Source: Felis catus (Eukaryota). From it: a DNA stretch of 64,000 bases. Below are positions 1-13,230 of the stretch, piece after piece. A program made the position numbers and the translations under genes. Location of the stretch: NCBI RefSeq assembly GCF_018350175.1, contig NC_058368.1, positions 115,508,001 to 115,572,000 on the forward strand, in the 5' to 3' direction. Under the pieces are notes generated by a model. That model was given only the letters and a program-made list of their open reading frames with translations. It did no database searches and was not told the origin of the DNA. Position 1 is the first letter of the stretch. Each line of letters starts with the position of its first letter.

Positions 1-1259
1 GGGACACAGAGTGTTAAACCTCTTCTGAATCATCTGAGTATTTCGCCAGTACTTACTAATATGTGTTCCAGACCTTGGTCTGGGTAATGGTCAATAGATG
101 GGACAGATAGAATAGTGTCATTTTTGCCCTCTTGGGACTCATAGTCTAATGGCAGAGATGAGTAAGCCATGAAGACAAGATGTGACAAGTGCTGTGGGAG
201 GATTATATGAACTGAGGACAGGCAGTGTGGTACAGTGCTTAGAGGCCTAGACGGGCAGCAGATGCTACTGTGAGAGTGCTTAGTGCTAAACATGACATGA
301 CTCTTGATCTTGGGGTTGTGAGTTCGAGCCCCATGTTGGGTGTAGAGATTATTTAAAAAATAAAATCTTAAAAATTTTTTTTACCCAAGAGGCTGTTGAA
401 GATGCAGAAGTCTAGTGTCCAGCTTATCCTCTAAGCCTTCTGCAAGCTTCCCAACAAATATGAGCTACCCTCATTAAATCTATGTAGTTATCATTCATAG
501 TACCCCAGAGTAGAGATAAGCATCCTCCCCTCCCCCTCACAGGTAGCCTGGGTACATCACCTGAACAGAGGACAATGGAAAGGGAAGGGTGAACAATGGG
601 AGAAAGACATGGTGGAATGCACCTCTTGAGGAAGTAGCCCAGACCTTTAGGATGCCAGAGAACACCAAAGGGCCCAGCAGGTGGAAAAGGGCTCCTTGAG
701 GACCTGTCTTGGGGGTCTGTTTGCATGAGAATGAGAAAGCATCATTTATCCAAATCAGAGAAAGAGAAGGGGCTACCAGCCCTCCTTGGCACTGTCAGGT
801 TGTGTCCCCAACTCTCAAGTTGATCAAACACACAACCGCTGATACCAAAGAGTATCAAAATAGGGACCACAGAAGTGCTTGGGTCTTCTTTCTTGCTACT
901 GCTTTTCTTTTGACCCAAACTTTTAGATCTGCTAGGGTTTCTTATTCTGGAGTTCATTGGGCCATAGGGAGACAAGAACTCATCCAGAGGCTAAATATAA
1001 AGCCAGTCCATCAACTCCCATCTCTAACTAAGTTTTGCCAAATGTGGGCTTTTGCTTCTCATTACAGGATAAAAATATGTTCATTCACAAATAAATTAGA
1101 AACCATAGATAAGTAACAAAAAGAAATTTTTCAAATAAATTTTATCATTTTCCTTAAAAATATGAAAACTTTAACAAAACATATTCTGGACATTTGCTCC
1201 TATCACTAAAACCTTCTTCTGCTGCACAGTTTGTAATGGCTGGACTGTTGTGTTTGAGA

Positions 1260-1262
<3 letters not shown>

Positions 1263-1299
<37 letters not shown>
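1263..1299. repeat. (GT)n microsatellite
   Basis: Direct reading. Other (GT/CA)n tracts at ~27092-27131, ~31726-31769 and ~61560-61617 (compound with TCTG). Confidence 0.95.
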
Positions 1300-1300
<1 letters not shown>

Positions 1301-2029
1301 TGTCAATCACCTAAGCATTAGACTCAGAGCTTGTTTCTGCTTCTCTCGCTCTTTTTTTTTTTTTTTTTTAATATTTTTGAGAGAGAGAGAGATAGTGGAT
1401 GGGGGAGCAGCACAGAGAAAGAGAGAGAGAGAATCCTAAACAGGCTCCGTGCTGTCAGTGCTGAGCCCGATGTGAGGCTCAGACCCACAACATGTGGGAT
1501 CATGACCTGAGCTGAAACCTAGAGTTGGACGCTTAACTGACTAAGCCACCCAGGCGCCCTGAGTTTCTGCTTATAAATAACACTGAGAGGACCATCCTTA
1601 TCACAAAATCCTTGCTAGACTTCTTAGTTATTTCAAGACACATTTCTGGGTGTAGACTTGCTGGCTCAAAGGGAGCCCATTTTTTACTATATTGCCAAAA
1701 TACAGATGGGCCTATTTAGTGTCAGATTTTAGTGGTCAAGTTAGGAGATAACACTGCTAGGAGGTGGAGAGGGGTGGTCAGGAGGAGAGGAAGCCAGCCT
1801 AGGTTTGCAGCTATTCCTAGGGAGCCCTGGGTTGTGAAACTAGAAAATAATCATGGAATCAGTTAGTTTCTCTTCTCCGTCTTCCCTGTATGCTGTCCCA
1901 GTTCCCCACCAACCAGGGCCTCCCCAGGGGTCTTTAGGAGGAGACGGATAGGTCCCTGAGGAGTGGGGGATTAGGGCCAGCGATGCTAAACTGATGACTT
2001 AAACCATTCTGCTTTCTCTCAGCATTTGA

Positions 2030-2195
2030 TTTTAGGCATTGTGCTAAATGATTTACAGCCATTATGTGATTTAATTCTCACCAAAGCCTAAGGAGGTATT
2101 ATTATCTTTATTCCCAATTTATGGATAAGGACACTGAGGCACAAAGGAACTAAGTGATTTGGCTAAGGCCATAGAGCCAGCAGGTAGTAGAGGAA
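2030..2195 (-). mobile_element. MIR (similar MIR remnants at ~2690-2850, ~5100-5315, ~14850-15060, ~31000-31150)
   Basis: MIR core ATTCCCAATTTATGGATAAGGACACTGAGGCACAAAGGAACTAAGTGATTTGGCTAAGGCCATAGAGC. Confidence 0.75.
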
Positions 2196-5100
2196 GAGCT
2201 CTGAAGGTACAACGTTTCTCCCACACTCAGCCCTGCTCCATGGACTGCCTAGAATGGATCCAGACTTGGTCACCCTGGGAAGGAGGAGCTTGGCAAAAGA
2301 GGGCTTGAAGCTTCCACCTAGGCTACCTCCCAACCTTCTCCAGGAGTTGACCCTGGGATAAGGGAGACTTACACAGAACCCCATCTGGCACTGTTGACCT
2401 TTGACCTTTAGGTGGATTGGCTAGCTCTAGAAAGGATGGAGGAATAGCTGGGTTGGGAGGGATTGGAGAATTAATCCCTTTGTAACCCTAGGAAGGTCTT
2501 GAATAATTGGCCAGACAATGATTGATGATGGGAGGTATTGAAAATCCCAGTGGGTGGACCAGAGATGAGAGAGGAGCCTGGGAAAATCTGCTGATACAAG
2601 GAGGTCAAGGGAAGCTGAACTATCAGCAGGAGGGGAAAGATGGACAGGTTTGGAAGTGCAGCCGGCTTGGAAGTAGAGAGCCCTGGTTTCAGAGTCCCAG
2701 CTTGGGCTTTCAATGCTAGCCCAGCCCTTTTGTTGCCTTGTCACTCTTAGCAGTTGGGGACCTTAAGCCTTCTTTACCTTATCTGTAACAGTATCTTCTG
2801 CCCAAGACAGTTGTGAGGAGTTTGGTGCCTAATAAACACTCAATAAATGCTAAGCTATTTTTATTGCCAAGTGTTGAAGATCTGGTACTGTGTGTGGTAA
2901 GAAGTCATTGTTATGCATTGCTTGGCCACTTCTGAAGGCCCAGCCCAGACATTCCCTCAGGGGTGGGGGATCAAAGGAGGCCTGAGGGTCCTGAATGTGA
3001 AATTGCCTTAGGAGGCTCCTGTACAGTAGCCAGGAAGACCTTTATGATGATTACTAAACCCTAGAGGCCCAATCCCAAACTTAGCCAATTACCCTACTGG
3101 CCCCTTCTCTGGGAGGGGTCAATAGTCCCCCTGGGGACTTTGCAAGAGAAGTACAAAGATTTGGGTGGAAATAGGTGAGAAAACCACATTCAGAAGCTGG
3201 ACCAGGTGAGAATACCCCATCTAACCCCCCACCTCAGGATGCCAGCAGAGAGCAGCCGGGTCTCCACAGATAGATGCAGTGCCCAGAAGGAGTGGCAGGT
3301 ACCTGCACTCCCACCCCTCATGCCTCCTCTCCTCCACAGAGTTTGACAGACTGTGCATGGAATCAGGGAGAAAAAGCAAAAGCTATGGAGGGGCTTAAAA
3401 ATGACCTCTCCCGCTACAGAACTCAAGGGAATGAGCTGAACTGGCTATAGAACGGGTTGAGATTAGATAGACTACAAGAGAGATTTTGCTTCTCTCCCAA
3501 CAGCAATGTTAAGTGATGCTGTTGGAGGAGGGTGTGGCTCACCAAGGGGACCCCACACACATACACACATGCTTGACTTCCTGTCTGGCTTTAGTGTCAG
3601 CAGCTGGCCACACTGATCTTGCTTTGGTCACCCTGTGAGTGTGACAGGCCTCAGTTCAGCCACCCATTCCCAGGAGCCTAGCAGTATTTGGACAGGCCTG
3701 GTACTCTCAAAGGGCAATTTGTTTGCAGGCTGTGGTCTACAAGATGACGAAGATGTCTTTGGGGGAAGACAGGAAGAACTGGCACAGAACAAACGCTGGC
3801 CCTGGGACTTTTGAACCACGAAAGCTAGTGTGGCAGAAGGAGAGGCCACAGCTGTTTCCCCCTGGCTCACAGGCTTTTGCTCTGCCTGCAAAGGCAGCCC
3901 CACTTCACCCAGGCCAGGTTACCTACCACCTCTAATTTAGGTTTCAAATGAGGCAACTCCTTCCCAAGACTCCTCTGAAACCCACCAGCTGGATTAGGAT
4001 CCCTCCACTGTGCTCCCTGTGCCTATCCCTACTAAAGCCTTCGTTCCTTCACCTGGAAACTGATTATTCAACTGTAAAATAAAAATGATATTCACTTTGT
4101 AGGATCGCTGAGAGGATTTAAATGAGGCAAAGCTTAGAGTCAGGGTTCAGCAAAAATGATTGCTATTTTTGTTGTTGCTATAGAGTTTATGCCACAGGAT
4201 TATAATTTGTTTGTTTGTTTATTTATTTATTTTGAGAGAGAGAGAAAGAGAGAGGGAGGAGCAGAGGGAGAGGGAGACAGAAAATCCCCCAAATTTGCTG
4301 ATAACGCAGAGCCCTATGCATGTCTCAATCTCACAAACCGTGAAATTGTGACCTGAACTGAAGTTAAGAGTCAGACGCTTCACCGACTGAGTCATCCGGC
4401 GCCCCAGGATTATAATTTCTTTTTTTTTTTTAATGTTTATTTATTTTTGAGAGAGAAAGAGAGACAGAGTGTGGGGGGGGGGGGCAGAGAGGGAGGGAGA
4501 GAGAGAATTCGAAACAGGCTCCAGGTTCTGAGCTGTCAGCACAGAGCCTGAAGTGGGGCTCAAATTCACCAGCCGTGAGATCATGAGCTGAGCCCAAGTC
4601 CGACGCCCAACCGACTAAGCCACCTAGGCACCCCTAGGATTAAAATTTCTTATGTGTATGTCCCAGGATTATAATTCCCCATGTATCATGGTCTCAGTTA
4701 ACCATGAGCATCTTCAGGTCAGTCTTATTCATTGTATCCGAAGATTCAGGCAGGAGGCTTGGAACACAGTAGACACCCATTCATTCATTTACTCGATTAT
4801 TTATTCATCCATGGAACAAATATTTATTGATTCATCACCTGATATGTGCCAGGCATAGTTTAGGGGTTGCTAAGTGCCCAGGAACTCTTTGTTGAAAGGA
4901 TGACAGAAAACTGAGGCACTCTTGAAAAGATCACCCTCAATTTCAGTGGGGTAGTAGGATTCAGAATCTCCACTCTATTTCCTAATGTTAAATGTTCAGT
5001 GGGTGGATTTTCCCAGCCTTTGTACTTTGGCCTTCCTTCTAAAGCACACCTGAAGCCAACAGAAAGCTCTGGCTACAAAAACGCAGAAATGTAGGTCAGT

Positions 5101-5886
5101 GGGCAAAAGCACAGTCTCTGGAGTCAGATAGACCCAGGTCTGATCCCAGCCACACAAATCCCTAGTTCTGTGGCCGTGGGCATGTTACTAAAACTCCCCC
5201 GGCGTCATTTCCTCATCTGTAACATGAGGAACATAACAGTACAGAGATAATGATCTGCATAAGGTGCTGAAACAAAGTGTCTGGCATACTTGGTGAGTGA
5301 GTGTTCAATAAATAAGGTTATCCAGGTTCTCGTTGTTAGAAAAGAAGGAGGATGAGTTGGGAGTAGAAGTTTTATTATCTTTGGGTCTCTTTTCAGGGGA
5401 TTATTCAGGAGTGGGATTGGATGCCATCATTAAGGAGAGTTGCTTCAATGGGTTGCTTCAGCATGGCCAGAGGATAGAGGATGGTGAAGGTCATGGGGAA
5501 GGAGACAAGCTAAGCTTTAGGACCAAATACTGTGTGCTTTTGGGCAGGATCAAGTGTCTGTCTATAACCTAATTACCCTCAGCTATTTGGGTTATGTGTA
5601 TGACCATGGCATGCATAGTTGCTGTGATCAAATGAAAAATTTGGGGAAATATTTTTAACGTGTAAAAAAAAAATGTTTCGTGTAGAAGGGGCTCTTCTAA
5701 AACTTCACAAATAAAAAATTACAATTGGCCAATAAATATGTGAAAAGTTGGGGTGTTTGGGTGGTTCAGTTGGTTAAGCATCTGAGTAGATTTCAGCTCA
5801 GGTTGCGAACTCAGGGTTGTCAGTTCAAGCCCTGCTTTGGGGTCTGTGCTGGGCGTGAAGTCTACTTTAAAAAAATGTGAAAATAT

Positions 5887-6104
5887 GGGGCACCTGGGTG
5901 GCACAGTCGGTTAAGCGTCCGACTTCAGCCAGGTCACGATCTCGCGGTCCGTGAGTTTGAGCCCCGCGTCAGGCTCTGGGCTGATGGCTCGGAGCCTGGA
6001 GCCTGTTTCCCATTCTGTGTCTCCCTCTCTCTCTGCCCCTTCCCCAGTTCATGCTCTGTCTCTCTCTGTCCCAAAAATAAATAAAAACGTTGAAAAAAAA
6101 ATTT
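5887..6104 (+). mobile_element. Young felid SINEC (SINEC_Fc-like), inserted at the tail of a short older SINE
   Basis: tRNA-derived head, CT-rich middle, AATAAA/A tail; flanking repeat AAAAAATGTGAAAATA on both sides. Confidence 0.9.
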
Positions 6105-6339
6105 AAAAAAATGTGAAAATAAATTACTGCTTATACTAAGTAAATGTAAATGAAAACAAGTTTTCATCTTACAGACTAGCAAAAAATAAACAGATTAAGG
6201 TCAAATATACAATTTTAAAAATGAGTGAAGAACTTGAATAGATATTTCTCCAAAGAAGATATACAAATAGCCAATAAGCACATGAAAAGATGTTCAACAT
6301 TATCAACCATCATAAATATTATTTATTATTATTATTTTT

Positions 6340-7283
6340 TAAGTATGTTCCACACCCAGTGTGGAGCTTTGAACTCACGACCCTGAGATTAAGAGTAGCA
6401 TGCTCAGGGGGCGCCTGGGTGGCTCAGCTGGTAGAGAGTTCAACTTTGGCTCAGGTCATGATCTCACTGTTTGTGAGTTCAGGCCCTGAGTCGGGCTCTG
6501 TGCTGATGGCTCAGAGCCTGGAGCCTGCTTTGGGTTCTGTGTGTGTGTGTGTGTGTGTGTCTCTCTCTCTCTGCCCCTTCCCAGCTCATACTGTCTCTCT
6601 CTCTCTCTGTAAAATAAATAAACATTAAAAAATTGTTTTTTAAAAGAGTAGCATGCTCAGTGTGCTTGGGTGGCTCAGTCAGTTAAGCATCCAACTCTTG
6701 ATCTCAGTTCAGGTCATGATCTCACGGTTGGTGGGATCAAGCCCTGTGTCTGGCTCTGCACTGCAGCTCAGAGCCTGCTTGGGATTCTCTCTCTCTCCCC
6801 CCCCTCTCTTTATCCCTCCCACACATACATGCTCATGCTCTCTCTCAAAATAAATAAATAAGCAAACTTAAAAAGAGGGGGAAAAAAAGAAGTCAAAAGC
6901 TGCAGTAAGGGGCACCTGGTGGCTCAGTCCGTTAAACATCCGACTTCGGCTCAGGTCATGATCTCACCATCAGTGGGTTCAAGCCCCGTGTCAGGCTCTG
7001 TACTGACAGCTCAGAGCCTGGAGCCTGTTTCAGATTCTGTGTCTCCCTCTCTCTCTGACCCTCCCTGTTCATGGTCTGGCTCTCTCTGTCTCAAAATTAA
7101 ATAAACGTTTAAAAAAAAAAAAGCTGCAGTAAACTTTTTCAACATTGGCTGCAGTAAATCTTTTCAATAAAAGCCGCCTGGATGTCTCAAAAAAGAAATA
7201 AAATAAAAAATAAAAATAAAAATACATAAAAATAAAACTGAAAAGGGGAACATGCTGTACTGACTGAGCCAGCCAAGCATCCC
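6340..7283. mobile_element. Nested carnivore SINE cluster: a short minus-strand SINE split by three plus-strand SINEs (starting ~6407, ~6660, ~6909)
   Basis: TSD AAGAGTAGCATGCTCA flanks the 6407 copy and AAAAGCTGCAGTAA flanks the 6909 copy. The interrupted element resumes at ~7251 (CATGCTGTACTGACTGAGCCAGCC). Confidence 0.8.
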
Positions 7284-7322
<39 letters not shown>

Positions 7323-7329
7323 TTAAAAA

Positions 7330-7990
7330 AACAGATAACAATAAGTATTGGTTTCAATATGGAGAAACTAGAATCCTCATACACTGCAAGTAGGAATGTA
7401 AAATGGTACAACTGCTTTGGAAACAGTTGGTCAGTTTCTTAAAATGTTAAAAACTGAATTTTCATAGGATGCAGCAATTCGACCTCTAGCAATCCATCCA
7501 GGAGAAATGAAAACCTAAGTCCACACAGTCCTGGCACATGAATGTTCACAGCAATGTTATTCACAATAGCAAAAAAGTGAAAACAGCATTTGTGTCGTTT
7601 ATTAATCAACTGATGAATGCACAAACAAAATGTGGTATATCCACACAATGGAATACTATCTAGCAATAAAAAGGAACAAAATACTGTACATGCTGTAACA
7701 TAGATGAACTTCAAAAATACTATGCTCAATGAAAGAAACCAGACACAAAAGAACACATGTTGTGATTCTATCCATATGAAACATCCAGAAAAGACAAATC
7801 TATAGAGACAGGAAGTAGATTCTTGGTTACCTAGGGCTGGGAGTGGGATTAAGGAGTGACTGGAAATGGAATGATATAAATATTCTAAAATTAGTTTGTG
7901 GTGATGTTTGCATAATTCTAGAAATATACTAAAAATCATTGACTTGTACACTTGAAATGAATGAATTTGATGGTGTATAAGTTATATTGC
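7330..7990 (+). mobile_element. Ancient L1M LINE 3' region fragment
   Basis: Typical L1M text (GGAATGTAAAATGGTACAACTGCTTTGGAAACAG; TGTGGTATATCCACACAATGGAATACTAT; GTGGTGATGTTTGCATAA). Confidence 0.8.
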
Positions 7991-10370
7991 AAAAAATCTT
8001 TAAAAAAGAAAAAGTGGAGGGGACCTGGGTGGTTCAGTCAGTTAAACCTCTGACTCTTGATTTTGGATCAGGTCATGATCTCACAGTTGCGTGAGTTGAG
8101 CCCTGCATCTGTTAGCACAGAGCCTGTTTGGGATTCTCCCTTTCTCTTCGCCCTTCTCCTGCTTGCGCTCTCTCAAAATAAATAAATAAACTTAAAAAAG
8201 AAAAGAAAAGAAAAGGATTGCATTTAATGACCAACATATTATTGGAAGTGTTGGGAAATAGGTAACCTCAAGGCTTTTCTAGAGAACGATCTCTCCATAT
8301 ATACAAAATTTTAAAACATGCATATCTTTTGACCTAGCACTTTCACTTCTAGGAATTTATTCTAAGGAAATGGACAGTTACTTGGGCAGAGACATTTGTA
8401 TGAGGATATTTCCTGCGGTATTGTTTAGTATACTGAATATTTGGAGATGACACAAATGTCCTCTATCAGGTAATTGATCAAATAAATATGGAAGGCTATG
8501 CAGCTCTTAAAGAGAGCTGGGTAAGTCTTTATGGAAATATGTTTATTGATATGCATTTTTATTATTATGGAAAATTTTCAACATAGGCAAAGGTAGAAAA
8601 AAGATTATAAGGAGCCCTCATGCAGCCATCCCCCAGCTTCTGCAGTTATTATGAAGTCTCATTTCATTTGTACCCCCACTTGCTTATTTCTTGTATTATT
8701 TTGAAGCAAATCCCAGACATGGTTTCATCTGTAAGTATTTCAGTATGTATCTCTGAAAAAATAAAAGACTCTAATTAAAAAATCACTACAGGAGCACTTG
8801 GCTGGCTCAGTTGGCAGAGCATATGACTCTTGATCTTGGTGTTGTGAGTTCAAGCCCCACATTGGGTGTAGAGATTACTTAAAAATAAAATTTTAAACAA
8901 ACATCACAATATTATCACACTTCAAAAAATAGTAATAAATCTAGGGGCCTGAGCCAAAATCAAGAGTCAGACACTTAACCAACTGAGCCACCCAGGTGCC
9001 CTTAGATATCTTTTTTAATAGTTTGTTGAAATCTAAATATAAATAAGTGCCACACATTATGATTGATTGATATGCTTCTTAACACTTCTTAAATATTTTT
9101 AAGTTTGGGGGTACCTGGGTGTCCCAGTCGGTTAAGTGTCCCCCTCTTGGTTTTGGCTCAGGTCATGATTTCACGGTTCGTGGGTTTGAGCCCCATATCT
9201 GGTTCTGTCAGCCAGGGCCTGCTTGGGATTTCTCTCTCCCCCTCTTTCTGCCCCTCCATATCTCTTGCTCTCTCAAAATAAATAAACTTTAAAAAATATT
9301 TTTTAAAATATTTTTAAGTTTTATTAACAAGTAATCACATGCCATACAATTCACCCATTTAAGGAATACAACATAATAGATTATAATATATCTGCAGAAC
9401 TGTACATCCATCAGCACAATCAATTTTCACTTTCATCCCCTGAAAGTAATGCCCTCCCTTTGGCCATCATTCCCCAATTCTCTCATCTCCCCATATCTGC
9501 TTTATATCTCTATGGAATTGCCTATTCGGATATTTCATGCAAATAGAATCACAATATGTGGTCCACTGTGACTGGATTCTCTCTTTGAGCATGTCTTCTT
9601 TTCTTTTTTAAATTAAAAACATTTTTTAACATTTATTTATTTTTAAGAGAGAGAGTGTGAGCGGGGAGGGGCAGAGAGAGAGGAGGACAAAGGATGCAAA
9701 GCAGGCTCCATGCCTGAGATGGGGCTCAAACTCACAAACCACAAGACCATGACCCAAACTGAAGCTGGACACTCAACCGACTGAGCCACCCAGGCACCCC
9801 CACTCTGAGCATGTCTTCAAGATTCATCTATGTTGTAGCACACATCAGGACTTCATAACTTCTTCTTGCCAAATAATATTCCATTGTATGGATATACCAC
9901 ATTTTGTTTACCCATTCATTAGCTGATAAACATTAGGGTTGTTTCCATTTTTTTTTTTTTTACTGTTATTAATAATGCTCTTTGAGTATGTACAAGCTTT
10001 TGGTAGGGACTGTTACGTGTGTGTGTGTGTGGTGATTCTTAAATATCCCCTGGTTTATAAGTTTCCTCCATGTGTGTATGTGCGTGTGTGTGAGATTGTG
10101 TTCACTTAAAATTTATTTGCTGAAGATATTGTGATGTTTGCATGCAGTTTCTCACAATCTGGATTTTCCTGGTTGCATTTACAAGGGGGTAGTCTTGACC
10201 TCTTTTCCTTTGCATTTCCTGATACTTTATAGTTAAATGTAGAAATTTGATGGCAAGACTGGGGTGCCTGGCTGGCTCAATCGGTAGAGCATGCAACTCT
10301 TGATCTCGGGTTGTGGGTTTGAGCTCCACATTGGGTGTAAAATAAAATAAAATAAAATAAAAATAAAATC

Positions 10371-10596
10371 TTTTTTTTTTTAATTTTTTTTCAACGTTTT
10401 TATTTATTTCTGGGACAGAGAGAGACAGAGCATGAACAGGGGAGGGGCAGAGAGAGAGGGAGACACAGAATGGGAAACAGGCTCCAGGCTCCGAGCCATC
10501 AGCCCAGAGCCTGACGCGGGGCTCGAACTCACGGACCGCGAGATCGTGACCTGGCTGAAGTCGGACGCTTAACCGACTGCGCCACCCAGGCGCCCC
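10371..10596 (-). mobile_element. Young felid SINEC in the tail of a short SINE
   Basis: Near-identical reverse complement of the 5887 and 30283 copies; AAATAAAATAAAAATC-like flanks. Confidence 0.9.
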
Positions 10597-10789
10597 GAAA
10601 TAAAAATAAAATCTTACAGAAAAGACTACTTCATAGTTGGTTGTGGTATACTTCTATCAGAAGGCACATGTTGCCTGGTCGTCTCTTCCTAACATGTTAG
10701 CATCCATTTACACTCCATACCTCAATCAGTTAATTCATTAGAGATTTCAAAATGTTGAAATTCTAACAAAAGAAAAATTTCAAGTCCAT

Positions 10790-11285
10790 TACAGAATGGA
10801 ATACTACCGAGACGTAAAAAGGAACAAATGTTGATACATAAAGTTGGATGGATCTCAAGGACATTATGCTGAGTGAGAAAAGTTCATCTCAAAGGTCACA
10901 TATTATGTGATTCCATTTATATAAAATTCTTAAAGTGACAAAATTATAGGGTTGGGAAATAGGTTAGTAATTGCCAGGGGTTAGAGACGTTGGGGTGAAA
11001 GGGTGGTGGTTGTGACCATGAAGAGGTGCCGTGAAGAAAATCTCTGCTATAAGGGAAAAGCTCTGAATCTTGATTGCATTGATGGTTACAGGAATCTGCA
11101 CATGGGATAAAATGACCTCAAACTTTACACATTGTAGCAACACCAATTTCCTGGTTTTGATACTGTACTTTAGGTAAGATGTAACCATTGGGGGAAACTG
11201 GATGAAGGGCATGTTGGAACTTTCTATACTATTTTTGCTACTTCCTGTGAATCTATAAATATTTCAAAAATAAAGTTGAAAACAG
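10790..11285 (+). mobile_element. L1MC/MB-type LINE 3' end
   Basis: ATGGATCTCAAGGACATTATGCTGAGTGA ... GTAACCATTGGGGGAAACTGGATGAAGGG ... TTTCAAAAATAAAGTT. Confidence 0.75.
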
Positions 11286-13192
11286 TAAATTTATAGAAAC
11301 TTATGTGTATGAGTTCACTTATGTAAAAACATTTTAAGTAGCAGTTGTTATTTATTATTATCCTCATCTTATATTTGAGAAAACTGATGTCCAGTTAAGA
11401 GTTGATTGTCAAAGTCAGCCTGTATTCTTAAGCACTATGTCCTGCCTTGTGTACGCTTAGCCATACAATATTACATTAAAAAGTTGGGACGGACACACAA
11501 CATTTGTTCCAGTGGTTATTCCTGGGAAGGTAGAATTGGGGAAGAGGGTTTAATTTTCAGTTCATAGGTTTCTGTATTGTTTGACTCATTTACAGCAAAC
11601 ATATGTTACTTTTATAATAAAAATATAAGATATATTTTCAGTTGGAGGGAAAAAAAGGAAAAGCTAGTGAGGCACCCCCTCTTTGGCACCCTAATGATGG
11701 ACGCGGGTTATCCAACAGTCACCACCATTATTCTGAAAGATAAAACTTGGCAGGATGGGGTCCCTTTCCCTGCCCTGTTTTGTGTTCATCCCTTTGGCTT
11801 TCCAGCTTCCTTTGGGCCCAACCATCCCTCTAAATCCGTGTGGCTCTTGGATTGCCCATGGGGCTGACTGTAGGGAAAGGATGCTGTTTGGTTTTGTTCC
11901 CCGCCCCACCCCTCCAGAGGGCTGAGGCTGCCCACGCAGCAACCCCGGGGACGGGACGGACAAAGCCAAAGGCTGCAGGGAGGAGCTGGGCTCTAGCGGG
12001 GGAGGGGGGGGAGAGGGGGGGGATTCTCCCTTGCGACTGACGCTTCTCAAAACCTTTCTCGCCTGTCAGGTCCCCCGTGCTTGGTGTCCAATGGCTTACT
12101 TTTATTGAAACAAGAATCTTTCCAAAGGAATTCTTCTAGGGCATCGGTAAAAATAGACGTTTAAAAAGCGGTAACGTTCACGCGGAGGTTCACCGCCAAA
12201 TCCCAATTTTTTCCCCGGAGGAGTGCTAATGTTACAAGGTCGCAAGACTATAGCATTAGAGTTTTGTCTGCTCTCTTGTTTAAACAAGATGGATTTCAAC
12301 CAAAGTTCAATTTCCTTAATGTAAACTGGAGGGAAATCAGCACCACCATCATCTAGAGTGGGCCCAATTGGCCTGAAACCTTTTGCATGTTCTCATTTCA
12401 AGTTCTTTACCAGAGGAGAGGAAGGGAAGGCCGCAGAATGCCCCTGAAATCAATGGGGTTATTTAGGAAATCCCACAGAGGACAAATAATTTTTTTTCTG
12501 TTTCCTTTGTTGTTATTACTTGACATGGAACTCAAACTCATGAACCATGAGACTATGACCTGAGCCAAAGTAAGATGCTTAGCCAATTGAACCACCCAGG
12601 GGCCCCACCTTTTTTTGTTGTTGCTTTCAATAACAAAACAAATCATGCTTATTATTTTAAATGTAAAAAATGTAAAGTAAAAAGTAAAAGAACTTTCCCT
12701 CACTCTCCCCATGCAATTCCCCAGGAATAACTAAGTAATCACTGTTAAAATTTCCATTTTCATCTGTCTAGATCTTTTTCTTTTTTAAGTTTATTTATTT
12801 ACTTAAGTAATCTCTACATCCAACGTGGGGCTGTAACTCAGGACCCCTAGGTCAAGAGTCACATGCTCTTTGAACTATAAAAGGCACTACTGTCTAGGTC
12901 TTTTTCTATGCATATTCCAACACATGTACACACAGACACAAACACAGACACACACAATCAGAATTTCATGAAGATTAAAAAAAAAAACTTTAATTGAGGT
13001 ATAACAAACTGTGCAAATCTTGGGGCACCTGGGAGGCTCAGTTGATTGAGCTTCTGACTCTTGATTCCGGGCTCAGGTCTTGATCTCACGGTTCATGGGT
13101 TCAGGCCCCACGTTGGGCAGGCTCTGTGCTGACAGTGAGGAACCTGCTTGGGATCTTCTCTCTCCCTCTCTCTCTGGCCCTCCCCAGGTCGT

Positions 13193-13230
<38 letters not shown>

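Noticed and set aside
5887..5970. tRNA genes suggested by A/B-box-like sequences
   Set aside because: These are tRNA-derived SINE heads followed by a CT linker and A tail.
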